The notes beneath the pieces were generated by a model, which made no database searches, was not told the origin of the DNA, and saw only the letters and a program-made list of their open reading frames with translations. DNA of 63,381 nt, counting the filler, from Phoronis australis (taxonomy: Eukaryota > Animalia > Phoronida): assembly GCA_002633005.1 (NCBI GenBank). It is 4 parts of 4 records of this genome, joined end to end, with 100 filler letters (N's around TTAATTAATTAA, not from the genome) between each part and the next. Parts side by side here need not be neighbours in the genome. Positions count along the whole stretch, not along the records: positions 1 to 31,960 come from NMRA01000813.1; positions 32,061 to 56,811 come from NMRA01000082.1; 2 more parts are not named here. The stretch is one strand, 5' to 3'. Position numbers and translations under genes: made by a program. Within the stretch, counting starts at the first letter, position 1. Each line of letters starts with the position of its first letter. Below, piece by piece: positions 26,901 through 36,067 of this stretch.

Positions 26901-29900
26901 CCGCCAGCTGGAGACATATGCTACAAAGACACATGGATATTCTCTGTACTGGGTGTGTTGAGGACTTAATTGTTTGGTTGGTCTTCTGAAACCATTGTTC
27001 TTATCTAAATGACTTACTGAACCTTGCTTTACGTCAGTCTCTTGGCCAGCTACTGGAAGGGGAAGTGTAAAATTTTTGATTTGCGGATCATTGCCCTTGC
27101 ATTTTAACTCTCCCTCGAATATCACCAAAACCCTCTCCTCAACTTACCCTTCCTTTTAGTCGTCCACTCTACCCTTTCCCTCTCTTTTCCAATTACAACG
27201 CCGTCAAAAGAAATGACTGTCACAAATTTGTTGTTGTCAAAGCGGACTCTGTTATCCAGTGGTCAGCCTCATACATGTATCTAGCGCCGGTTGGAAATAT
27301 GTCATGCCTATCCATGTTCCTGGCTAGAACAATACAGTCGATACGATAATTGTCTACCGTCTGAAGCACTGGTCATAACAACGACTGACTAACCTCCGTA
27401 AAACACTAGTTACCGCACTGAATTTCGAGCCACCCTGTTCCTTAGTGAGTCTTATTATAATCGTAGCATCTTAGTCGAGCCAAATTTAAAGTAGTCGCCT
27501 AAGCGTTCCATTCAGGTCATGTTCGCTCATTTGCTATACACCATTGGTTTGGCTATAGATGACCACAAAACTGCTTTCATCAAGAGTCACACATGCCGAG
27601 CCAACTGTACGTATTACACACTGATGGGCCTTTTGACGGAGAGAGATAAAGCGGGTCAGTCGGAGCTGGGTGAAGTCTTGTTCTTTTACGTCAATGCCCT
27701 TTACTGGGCGTCGGCAACAACTCTTTCAGTTGGCTACGGAGATATTCATCCCAGAGATCAATTGGAGGTAAGAGTTATACTAGTCACTTTTCGACTGCAT
27801 TTTATACGAACATTGGTTTCACTGATTTTAAAAAGTTGGCTGTCTACCAACAGCTAGTTCAATTCGCAAATATAACCCATACCTGGCCCTGAAAGTAACC
27901 ACTGAGTTGACTTGGGAGTAGCGCGGAGTTTTCCTTTAGATTGTACCTAATCACTTTGCAGATGGTGGTCAGTATCATTCTAATGATGACCGGCGTCATC
28001 TTCTACGCCTACGTCATTGCCGCGGTTGCCGCATCGATGGCCAACGCAGACGCTCGACGCGCTGCTTTTCAAGAAAAGATGAACAACATACGCTCGTATA
28101 TGAAGGTTGGTTCTTTCTTTAGTTCTTTTTATTTAGTTGCTATTCAGGGTGTTCAACGGAAACAGGAACTCTGGTAAAAACAGATATTCCGGAGTCGAAA
28201 ACAGACCTCCCGCACCTTCAAAACAGCCAACCAGCCCAAAAAACACGAATTCAACTCTGACCTTTGAAACAGGAACCCCGGGATGTTTGATGAAGGATTA
28301 TAAATCTTCCTACTTTAAATAGTTAGTGTGGTATGTTGCTTTACTGTTTGAGAATTATAGACAACTTATGACGAATTGGCGTTGTATGTTATTCTGCTAT
28401 TAGCTACTAAAGTTGTGGTGGAGTCGTTTGTGTTGGCGTTCGATGCCATGAAATATTTCGTCACCTATTGGCCAGTTTCTATTTACCCCAATTCTTCAAT
28501 CAACTGTTCTTCTTCCACGAGGTTGCGTACGTGTCACAACAATTTAATCAACAATGGCATTCAATAGTCAAATAAATATTTTTGTTTTTCATTTTTGAAA
28601 ATATTTTTGTAGACACTTTTGAATAATCTGAAATTGACTTAATATTCACCGAGATAACAACGTGTTGAGAGTATATTAGATTGTGTTGAAATTCGCCCGC
28701 AGTTCCACGAATTTTAGCGATAAAAATCAAATAACAAAGCCAATATAATGTGAGATACCTTTTATCATTGAGAACTTTTAACAAACAAATGCAAAAAACG
28801 ACTAGAAAGTACTTGAAGATCCTTTTACTCAGAAAATTTGAAAAATTGTCCACTAGGCAGGTTTCCTGTCCGATCACGGGGGTTCCTGTTTTGAAAGTAG
28901 GGGTTCGTTTTTCGGACTCGTTAGCTGTTTTGAAGGTGAGGGAGTCTGTTTTCGACTCCGGGATATATGTTTTACACCGGGTTCCTGTTTTGATGGAATA
29001 TCCTGCTATTACTTCTTTCCGTTCCTAAGTAAGCGATAGGTTTGACAACGAATAGATCGTTAATACACCACTATAGTTTACCAGTCATAAAATCGCTTTC
29101 ACACTAAAGCGTTCAATTTCTAACTCTGCCATAGACTGCAAGTCTTGGAGAGGCTGAGCATCACTGAAAAGCTTGGAATGTTCTCACCGTGATTTATTGT
29201 GTCTTTTCAGGACTTCTTCACGGAAGACACACTTCAGACACGAGTGATAAACCACTACGAGCACGTTTGGCAACGAACAGGTGACCTTGAACCAAGTGAA
29301 CTACTGAAGGGTTTGCCTTATTCCTTGTGGGGTGACGTCACATTTAACCTCTACAAGCAAATCATTAATAAGGTAGGAATATGGGAAACAATGTTGACCA
29401 ATGATACATGCGCGCACCCGGGGGGCTCAGGGGGCTCGAACGAGCCCCCCCATATGGCGAAGTGGGCAAAAGGTCCGCCTCAGAGAAACAAAAAGTCCGA
29501 AAAACTAGAAAACTAGACAAAAGTCCACTAAAAAGGCAGGAACTACCAAAATTCGGCGAATGCACAATTCATAGCTCCGAATGTACACCGTTTAAGATCC
29601 ACATTCTCAAAAATTTTTAGGCTGGGTGCACGCTTTTAATGAGATGATATGTGAGACGTTTGTTCTTACTGAGAGTCTTTAGGGCAAAGGGGTGTGCCGG
29701 TCTGGTCAGCGTCAGGAATTCGGTAGAGAGTCTCAGATTCAACCTTGAATTACTCAAAATCGTCCTCACTGTAGTAAAATCGAAGTGTATGATCTTTTTC
29801 AAACCTCAAGTCTTACCCGGATTTTTGACACAAATGAGTTGGATTGTAGAGATCAGTGTGGTCGGATACGATCCGATATTCTAGAACGTGGCATTTTCAC

Positions 29901-31778
29901 TTCTTAACAGGTTACCTTGTTCCAAAACGCAGAGAAGGGGTTCAAGAAAATGTTGTCCCGATCTATTCAACCGATGTCTTATCTGAAGGGCGAGTTCATT
30001 GTGAAGCAGGGTGATCCTGGAAACGTAGTAAGTGGAACTAAACGTATTTCTCCGTTTGCATGCTTGAGCCTCAAACATATTCCAGTGTTCGAATTTCCCA
30101 TCGAATGTCCGACAAAGAAAACAACAATGAACCGAGTCATCTAAAAATTCTGTCCATATTGAACAGTCTGTTCTATGCTTCTTAGGCCGTGAGCATATGA
30201 TTATTTCATAACAACCGCATAGGTCATTTGTTTTATAGACACGCAACGTGTATACAAATAACTATTTACAAACACGCCAAGGATCAAGTTACCCCCGGAA
30301 CACAAGTTTGCCTAAATTTTCCAAATCAAAGCGTTGAATAAGTTAGGGTAAGTTGCGATGCCCTAATGATAAAGAATACACTGCAGATTGCTAACGAAAA
30401 CAGAGAAGTCGAGAAGTCGCAAGTGCATGCGGAAATATTAACGTTTTCCACACGTCAAGTCTCTTGTTGCACACGCCTCTGTCGAAAAGTTCGTGGTGAT
30501 GTGAGAAACGACGTCAAAAGTAAACCAACCATGAACCAAACTTAATCCATCATCTACTGACTTTTTTATTTGGATGAGCCATTTGGAAACGAGGGTAGTC
30601 GTCGAGAGTTTCAGTTAGCGGAGGGGAAAAATAAGGAGTTATGTTTTGGAATTGGCCATTCTTAGTGTCAAATAGTTTTAATTGCGGGTTCTTGTGAAGG
30701 ACACCTTAACAGAACAGAGGATAGTTATTTTGTAGTCCAAGAATGCTTTGAAACAACTGAGAAGGTAGAATATTCTAAATTTCTTTGAAAACCGTTGCTT
30801 GACAAAACGTCGAGCAAAGCCAGCTCACGTTGGTGACACTGGTTGATGACTGGTTGTATGAGTGTGATTTGCTTTAGATGTTCTTTATTCATCATGGCGT
30901 TGCTGAAATAACCGACGAAGAAGGAGACAAAGTGATAAGTACACTCAACCCTGGACGCTTCTTTGGAGAAGTATCTTTACTATTTGAAATTCCTCGCACA
31001 GCTTCGATCAGGTAAATTTTAAAACCATTGAAATCATTCCAGACTTGCATATTGTCGTCTTCATTCCTCACACGTCCAGCTTGAAGGAAGGAAGTTCAAC
31101 ACAAGTTTGGACTCCTCTTTTAATATCGTATGTAAAAATATCAAACACTACAACCACAGAAGAATCTTCTCCGTTTAGCCTTTGGCGTTTTATTGAATTA
31201 CAAAAAGTCTCGTTTTTGTCTTTGTCCAGGGCGAAGACAACAGTCGATGTGTTCTGCTTGACAAGAGACAGTTTGTTTGAAGTTATGGACCACTACAACG
31301 TATTCAAGAAGCAAATATTCGCTATTGCTACGGTGAAACGTCTAAAAGCTGTAGAAGGTTTAGCCGAATCTTTGGGAAAATGGACGCAGGAACAGGTTTC
31401 AAAAGATATCTCATTAGTACAGTGCTTAACTCAGGGATTTGCCATCTTTTCGATTTTTGCTCAAAATGCTATCTTACTAATTCTGCTAAGCTTCAAGTGT
31501 GTGTCCTGAAAAAGTCGCTTTGAGCAAATGCTGTAATGAATTGTCTGCAGAGTACTCTCCGTTTTCGAAGTTAGAATGCCATAATAGTTGCAGAGTTTTA
31601 ACCTTAACATTTGCCTAAAGATTAATGCGTGTTTTTGATCTATCGGTTTCTAATTAGTAGTATTCTTTTTCTCTCGCAGTTCGAGAAATTCGTTCAAAAT
31701 TGTCTGTGGAAAAACCCCAGTCTCTTAATTGACCCAGATACGCTGGTTGCAAAGTGTAAGGACGCCACTCCCGACAAT
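1137..31778 (+). CDS. Multi-repeat K+-selective cyclic nucleotide-gated channel (CNGK / tetraKCNG-like), partial at both ends
   Basis: Manually spliced exons: 1137-1311, 1765-1942, 2640-2804, 4521-4667, 4919-4981, 5313-5427, 5764-5900, 8587-8796, 10609-10783, 11126-11227, 11671-11834, 13273-13418, 14130-14378, 15667-15783, 16040-16136, 17012-17158, 18526-18713, 19176-19381, 20487-20628, 24669-24842, 25146-25312, 26192-26309, 26783-26952, 27559-27767, 27962-28105, 29211-29372, 29911-30027, 30878-31011, 31230-31395, 31680-31778. Total 4583 nt in one open frame with matching phases; one donor (5901) is probably GC. Three pore motifs (YWAVATTTSTGYGD, YWATTTMSSTGYGD, YWASATTLSVGYGD) are each followed by S6, C-linker and CNBD, with no stop between modules. 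Confidence 0.9.
6073..6156 (+). CDS. Candidate 84-nt phase-0 cassette exon in the A-B linker of the channel
   Basis: TTTCAG acceptor, open frame CAKSVPETVCALPHNVTSLSTSDTWPFP, ending at G|GCAAGT. Frame-preserving between exons 5764-5900 and 8587-8796. Confidence 0.35.
6484..6622. mobile_element. Short MITE with ~22-bp terminal inverted repeats
   Basis: CCTGGACCCAAGGTCTAATCTC ... GAGATTAGACTTCGGGCCCTGG. A similar end (TTTGACCCTGGGCCCTGG) occurs near 55621-55638. Confidence 0.55.
9060..9998 (+). mobile_element. Non-autonomous Helentron/HINE-like element with internal diverged core repeats
   Basis: Recurring core TTGACGGATTTCA(A/G)TGAAACTTG...GTGTGTGA(C/T)G(G/A)CAATG, about five times, after a (GCAC)-like microsatellite. 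Homologous to 38258-39150. Ends approximate. Confidence 0.55.
10865..10916. mobile_element. Mini inverted-repeat element (CATGGGCGGCGCA family), shortened copy
   Basis: CATGGGCGGCGCAGCACTGAAAAA...CCCCCATG; same family as 25447-25593 and 62877-63018. Confidence 0.6.
12396..12983 (-). mobile_element. Solo-LTR-like element (588 bp), antisense to the channel gene
   Basis: Minus strand begins TGTCAGG and ends TTCTTCA. TATA-like CTATAAATAC at ~12682-12691, preceded by repeated TTCTAGAA-type motifs. No target-site duplication seen (TAGAC vs TCCGT). Confidence 0.5.
14874..15202 (+). mobile_element. THAP-domain remnant with a Kolobok-like CCTTTAA end
   Basis: MARRCICGGYDNEVFDHVVALFSFPRYIGEALIW matches the THAP N-terminus (M..RC...GC.N......LF.FP......W). 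Followed by GCACCTTTAA at ~15193-15202. Confidence 0.5.
16170..16530 (-). mobile_element. Decayed 3' end of a CR1/L2-group LINE ORF2
   Basis: Minus strand reads QI*SGTLHVSLEIKVGAFAETQVDERLYKVC...AEVKTQFVFT. This resembles the C-terminal L.IE.GR...EER.C..C...EDE.HF motif; stops are present. Confidence 0.45.
17262..17811 (+). mobile_element. Helentron-associated interspersed element (HINE/DINE-1-like)
   Basis: Starts TTTTTATGCGCCC; internal core repeats (CATGAAATTTGG, CGACTACTGTGG); ends GTGGATGCAT..CAGCGCTCTACATTGCTCTTGTT. Same ends as 41886-42666. Confidence 0.65.
19560..20395 (+). mobile_element. Highly decayed LINE (CR1-like) 3' end
   Basis: Residual peptides LTRCIQPWNVIP (R.I..WN.LP motif) and CKYGSLNSVNHFF...CP (C-terminal knuckle), then a T-rich tail ending in AATAAAC at ~20388. 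Confidence 0.4.
21138..22245. mobile_element. Internally deleted Kolobok-type DNA transposon: THAP remnant (+) converging on a KolX/P2X7-ballast-like remnant (-)
   Basis: Left end TTAA|AGGAGAATGCCACC; imperfect right end GGTGGTCTTCCACT near 22243. Plus strand 21306-21520: FFRFPRESVMLRKWLAVVK (THAP). Minus strand ~21995-21640: GYQFEPDYTDQEII...NRLNELS*CQ*ANCTIMETTDACVCCHKIPQV...LTDYPN...LNRGVL. Confidence 0.7.
25447..25593. mobile_element. Tandem pair of ~70-bp mini inverted-repeat elements
   Basis: 25521-25593 has TIRs CATGGGCGGCGCA...TGCGCCGCCCATG; a more diverged copy lies directly upstream (25447-25517). Confidence 0.7.
28145..29005. mobile_element. Non-autonomous DNA transposon with ~140-bp TIRs and 5-bp TSD
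   Basis: Left CAGGGTGTTC..AAACAGGAAC..CCGGAGTCGAAAACAGAC..CACCTTCAAAACAGC is the reverse complement of ~28865-29005. CTATT flanks both ends (28140-28144, 29006-29010). Confidence 0.8.
29407..29635. mobile_element. Small MITE, hAT-like GC-rich end
   Basis: CATGCGCGCACCCGG... / ...CTGGGTGCACGC inverted ends, with an internal GGGGGCTCG-AA-CGAGCCCCC palindrome. Confidence 0.45.
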
Positions 31779-31960
31779 GTAAGTTTGTTCTCTGGAAGCA
31801 GAATTCGTTGCTTACAATGTACGTTGTTCCTGACTGTATATCAGTATGTGCTGTTAAGCACGCTAGGTTGACCAGCTAGTCATGATTTAAAGTCATATGA
31901 TCCGTTTGTAGACGTTTTAAAAACATCGTGAATCTGCATAAAAACCATTGAAACATACTC

Positions 31961-32060
31961 NNNNNNNNNNNNNNNNNNNNNNNNNNNNNNNNNNNNNNNN
32001 NNNNTTAATTAATTAANNNNNNNNNNNNNNNNNNNNNNNNNNNNNNNNNNNNNNNNNNNN
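31961..32060. other. Artificial assembly spacer (44 N + TTAATTAATTAA + 44 N)
   Basis: Exactly 100 bp with a six-frame stop linker at 32005-32016. Confidence 0.97.
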
Positions 32061-32394
32061 ATGACCAAGGCGTGGGCCGAAACTGTTAAGCACCCAGCGT
32101 GTTCCATTTGTCTGCTGCGTTTTTCCTTTGGCCTAACAGATGTCGGTTAGTGCCTGGGACAAATAGATACATTGCATAAACAATCCCTGGGTTGCTTTTT
32201 GTTCCGTCTGAAGAAAATTTAATTTCGAAAATATCTTCTGAAAATGAACAAAAAAGTGCATTAGTAAAATCAACAAGTTTTTAAGTGGTCTCAAAAAAAC
32301 AGTCGGTAAATGCATTAATTTTAGTCTCAGTTCTTCCACGCGTGTTTCTCCCGAGAGGTTAGTACCTAACGTGCAGACGAGCGTTCCAAATTGG

Positions 32395-32468
32395 AACGCT
32401 AAGTCCCGCGTGGCAGCGCTGCACGCGAAACAAGATGGCGGACGACCTTTGGAGACTGACGACGAGAG
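32395..32468 (+). promoter_or_regulatory. Probable promoter / first (5'UTR) exon of the gene whose CDS begins at 36068
   Basis: CpG-rich patch with YY1-type motif CAAGATGGCGG (32431-32441), followed by donor GAG|GTAATC at 32468. The next strong acceptor precedes the large exon at 36065. Confidence 0.5.
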
Positions 32469-33591
32469 GTAATCGGACTATATTACAGTTTTGGAATCAT
32501 CAGGACTAAAGGATTCAGAAAATAGTAGTATCAAGTACGTACGTTAATAGAGTTGGATTGTAAACAATAACCCTATTTTGATATTTACACAATTTACCCC
32601 CAAAAACCTGTTCCGGTATCCTAGAGGCTAAACCCAGTCCCAGAGGCAGATGTTCCGCTTTTTCATTCCGCTTGGCTTCTGACTGCGTGAGTGAGGTAGG
32701 CCTACTGCGGATTCAAGCGTCAATAAAGAAGACACAATTTGACGCCCGGGAAATATCAGTTTATGTCCGATTACTGCATGAAATCTAACGCAAACATCAT
32801 GCAAATCAACTATTGCCACCGAATATGCTTCAAGTTGTTGGTCACATTGTGATGTGATGATCACTTCTTCATCAATGTACGGAAGTCCACTGCATGCCGG
32901 GTAAGGGGCTCGGGTTTCACAACTGAAGGTATGGGTGAAACTATTTGAGTTTAAAATTGTCTATTTTTCAAAAAACTGTTATATTGCAATTATTTTTTAA
33001 CTTTTAATGTTTTATAATGAATTTTGTTTTAACTTTAAGTAGTTAAACGGTAGATTGCGAATATTATTATTTATTTGATTGCATTGTCCATCATTATTTT
33101 ATCTAAACTGGTTTGGGGAACGGAACGAAACGAAACTTTAGAACTTGACATGTTTGTGTTTAGATGTCATAAGCTGTTAATGTGTGGAATTTGTGAATAA
33201 CTTAGCTAAAGTGGCATCTTCCTAAGCATGGTATTCTTCTGACAACTTGCTATAATCAGCTCAAAGGGCAAAGTTAACAATTCAGGTACGTAGCAGATCT
33301 CTTAGCTCTGCCTCTGCTCTGTCTCTGTGACTGTGTAAGTGTGTTGTCTATGCCTTGGCAGACTGTGCAGGCAGTCAGAGGTGATAAATTGTCTGTTACG
33401 AACGTTGACCATCCTCATAAAATTGACCTGGTCGAATATTTTCGCTGTTTTGTGACCCATGGTTAACAGTAGAGAACCAGTTCGTCCATGGGCTCGTTAA
33501 GCTGTTATTGCCTTGTTCTCCAAATAAGGGATATTGCCAATATTGAACTGCCCAAAAATCATCCTCGAGTCTAGACACTGACCACCGTCTC

Positions 33592-35449
33592 TAGCTGGCT
33601 CAATAGAGATGGTTTAGCTCCTATGGGCGCTTCATATGCTTGAAGCTTTTTGACGAATTATGCCTTACCCCGACTAAAACATCAAAGTCACGTTGTTCTA
33701 AATACCTTATGTGCATAGAGGGACACCTTAGGAGGTCATCGATGTTTTTATTACCTTCCAACTTGAACAAATACTCCCATTATCAAACTTTTTCTTTGAG
33801 CAGTCATTCGTTCAGTTCCCAAACTCCTTAAGTGGCCATTTTTACACTGCACACACCAGGGGATATGACGTCATACCACCTGCTCTAGGCTCATGCTAGA
33901 CTTCTAAGGGTTTTAGTCAAACAATTTCTCTTTTCCTAAGCCCTGCAACTGATAAAAGTACATTTGCACAGACTGAACTTTTTATTTTTCATGTTGTGCT
34001 CAGGTCCTTTTCATAATGTACTATAAGATAAGACATTTGTCTTAAGAAAAAAACAAATGATCAACATTCCAAGGTCATATAGCAACCTAATAAGTTGGAG
34101 GGGATGTCATCCAACATGGGTTTTATTATGACCTAACAAGTTTGGGCAGAGGTTCCCCTATACCCCAGTTACTGTGTGGGTACGCTGGCCACATGGGCAT
34201 TTAAATGATGTTGACCTTAAAAAAAATTGGGCAGGGGTTCCCCCATCCCCGGGTTATGGCAGGGGTATGCCGGCCACATGGGCATTTTGATGAGCAAGAC
34301 ATTTACGTTCAAAAACGTTAGAAATATCTTGTGGCTAGCAAAATAAAGCTAAATCGTGCTGAGAAGGTAATATAAAACTCGTTAAGTAACGAACTGATAT
34401 TTACTTTATATCTTTCTTTTTTTCGGCCAGTGCCAAAGTTCAAACACGTCCTAGACTCCCAATCTCTCAATAAGTTCTTACACTCGCGACATTTAGCGAG
34501 TTGACTAGATATGACATGCTGTATTTTGATTTGAAAATAAATAACATACTCATTCTTCCCGTTGTCGACCGTGGATTTTATTCCATGAAAGAAAACCTGT
34601 CAATGTGAAGTCTCAAACAATTTTTGACACAACAAATTATGTGCTGGAAATTGGTAAAGTTAGTAATGAATTAGGAGAGATTCATATAATTTGAAAATAA
34701 TGATTTTACAACTTGAGTTCAAATTGCATGTTTGAGACAGCTCAACTCAGTCCCTTGGGTAATTAATGCCGTAGGACCGACTCACACCACGTAGCCAGTG
34801 TAAAAAGTTATTGAGAGACTTGGTTACGTTTATCGCCGAAATAGTCTTTTAGTCGTCGTTGACATTGTCGCAAGCAGATGACAAGTGGCAGAATCTACAC
34901 GAGATCTGGCTTCGTAGCCATTACCGAGATCGCTGACCGGCCTACACAGTTGAACATTTCGTTGTGGTAAAAGAGTGATTTCAGGGGGAATGACAGACAC
35001 AAAATGGAACATTCACTTGCTATTTTTAGGACTCAGAATCGAATTGAGAATGCCGTTTGCGGCGCGACTTGATGGGAGCTGACTGCGATTCAACACTCGA
35101 GTAGGTTTCCCGAAATTAATTTTCATATTAGTCAAGTTGGGAAAGCATTCGTCAAGTTGGGGAACGGACTTAGCTCTGCCATCACCAGTGCCGCTCAGAA
35201 TTTGCTAATGGCTAGAGTGAGCCTAGCTGCCGCGCGCAGTATTAAAACAGCCAGTTAACAATTTTGAGAACTGAACGAAGTTGGAAGGAATGAAAGACAT
35301 CAACGGCTTCCTAAGGTGTACCTCTATGTGCATGAGTTATGTATTACAGCATGACCTTGATGTTTTAATTGGTGTGAGGCATAATTCGCTGAAAAGCTTC
35401 CGGCATGTGAAATGCCTATAGGAGCTACACCGTCTCTGTTGAGCGGCTA
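33592..35449. mobile_element. Non-autonomous DNA transposon with ~190-bp diverged TIRs and TAG...CTA termini (Academ-like)
   Basis: 33592-33820 aligns by eye with the reverse complement of 35268-35449 (GCTCAA.AGAGA.GGT.TAGCTCCTAT.GGC...GAATTATGCCT...AAAACATCAA.GTCA...CATAGAGG.ACACCTTAGGA). Internal ~78-bp tandem pair at ~34128-34292. Confidence 0.65.
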
Positions 35450-36067
35450 CTTTGAGTCTTGACCATGTTGAGTGTTGTGATTTGCTCTTGATGATTGTCT
35501 GAGTTGAAATCACAGTCATGCATTGACTAATGATGTTTTTTGTATTAAATGTACAGGTAATGACATAGAATACAGGAAACACCTGATAAGTCTATTTGTG
35601 GCTGTGCCAATGATATGCTCTCTCCTTATTTTAAAATATGCATTTTGTAGTAAAAGTTGGATACTGGTGGTGTTCTCGCATTTTGAGAAGCAGTTTTCTC
35701 CATTAAGTAAGAGGCAATCAACAGAATCTAAAAATGTGGGACCCACCAATCCAACCATTGCTCATTTTGGGCTTAACTTGCTTTGACAAAGAAATTTAGG
35801 GTTGTATCAATACAAATTCACAGTCATGGTGATAGTGTCTTTGAAGAGTTGTGATATTAAAGTCAGTGATATAGTGAGTTTGGCTTAGTGTTACAAATGT
35901 ATAAACATATAATGTGACAGTCACTTCGTCATATATGGCTAGCTGGCTGGCTAGGCCTATTGTGAAAATGGGTGTTGTTGACTGATTAATATTAATTTTT
36001 CATAGTGGAAAGGACTCCTGCTTGTGTGCCTTGATGTTGTTACTCAACTTTTTGTCTTTTTCAGATT

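Larger units (their letters stand above)
24669..31395 (+). other. Channel repeat C (S1-S6, pore, C-linker, canonical CNBD)
   Basis: S3 LLDFFGTFPFD; S4-equivalent SSFFSLTHLLLFYRVP; long Cys-containing turret; pore ATTLSVGYGD; cassette FFGEVSLLFEIPRTASIRA. Confidence 0.88.

Noticed and set aside
1137-31778. Interpretation as three tandem KCNH/HCN genes
   Set aside because: Linker exons join the modules in frame with no stop or separate N-termini; GYGD filters without PAS domains fit CNGK better.
31680-31778. LIDPDT as the pre-S1 motif of a fourth repeat
   Set aside because: Followed by polar residues rather than a transmembrane helix; repeat numbering cannot be fixed from this window.
32005-32016. 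TTAATTAATTAA palindrome as a biological site
   Set aside because: Synthetic six-frame stop linker centred in each N run.
32061-32086. Hammerhead-like string ATGACCAAGGCGTGGGCCGAAAC at the contig start
   Set aside because: The core deviates from CUGANGA and the 5' arm is lost in the gap; at most a degenerate Penelope-type end.
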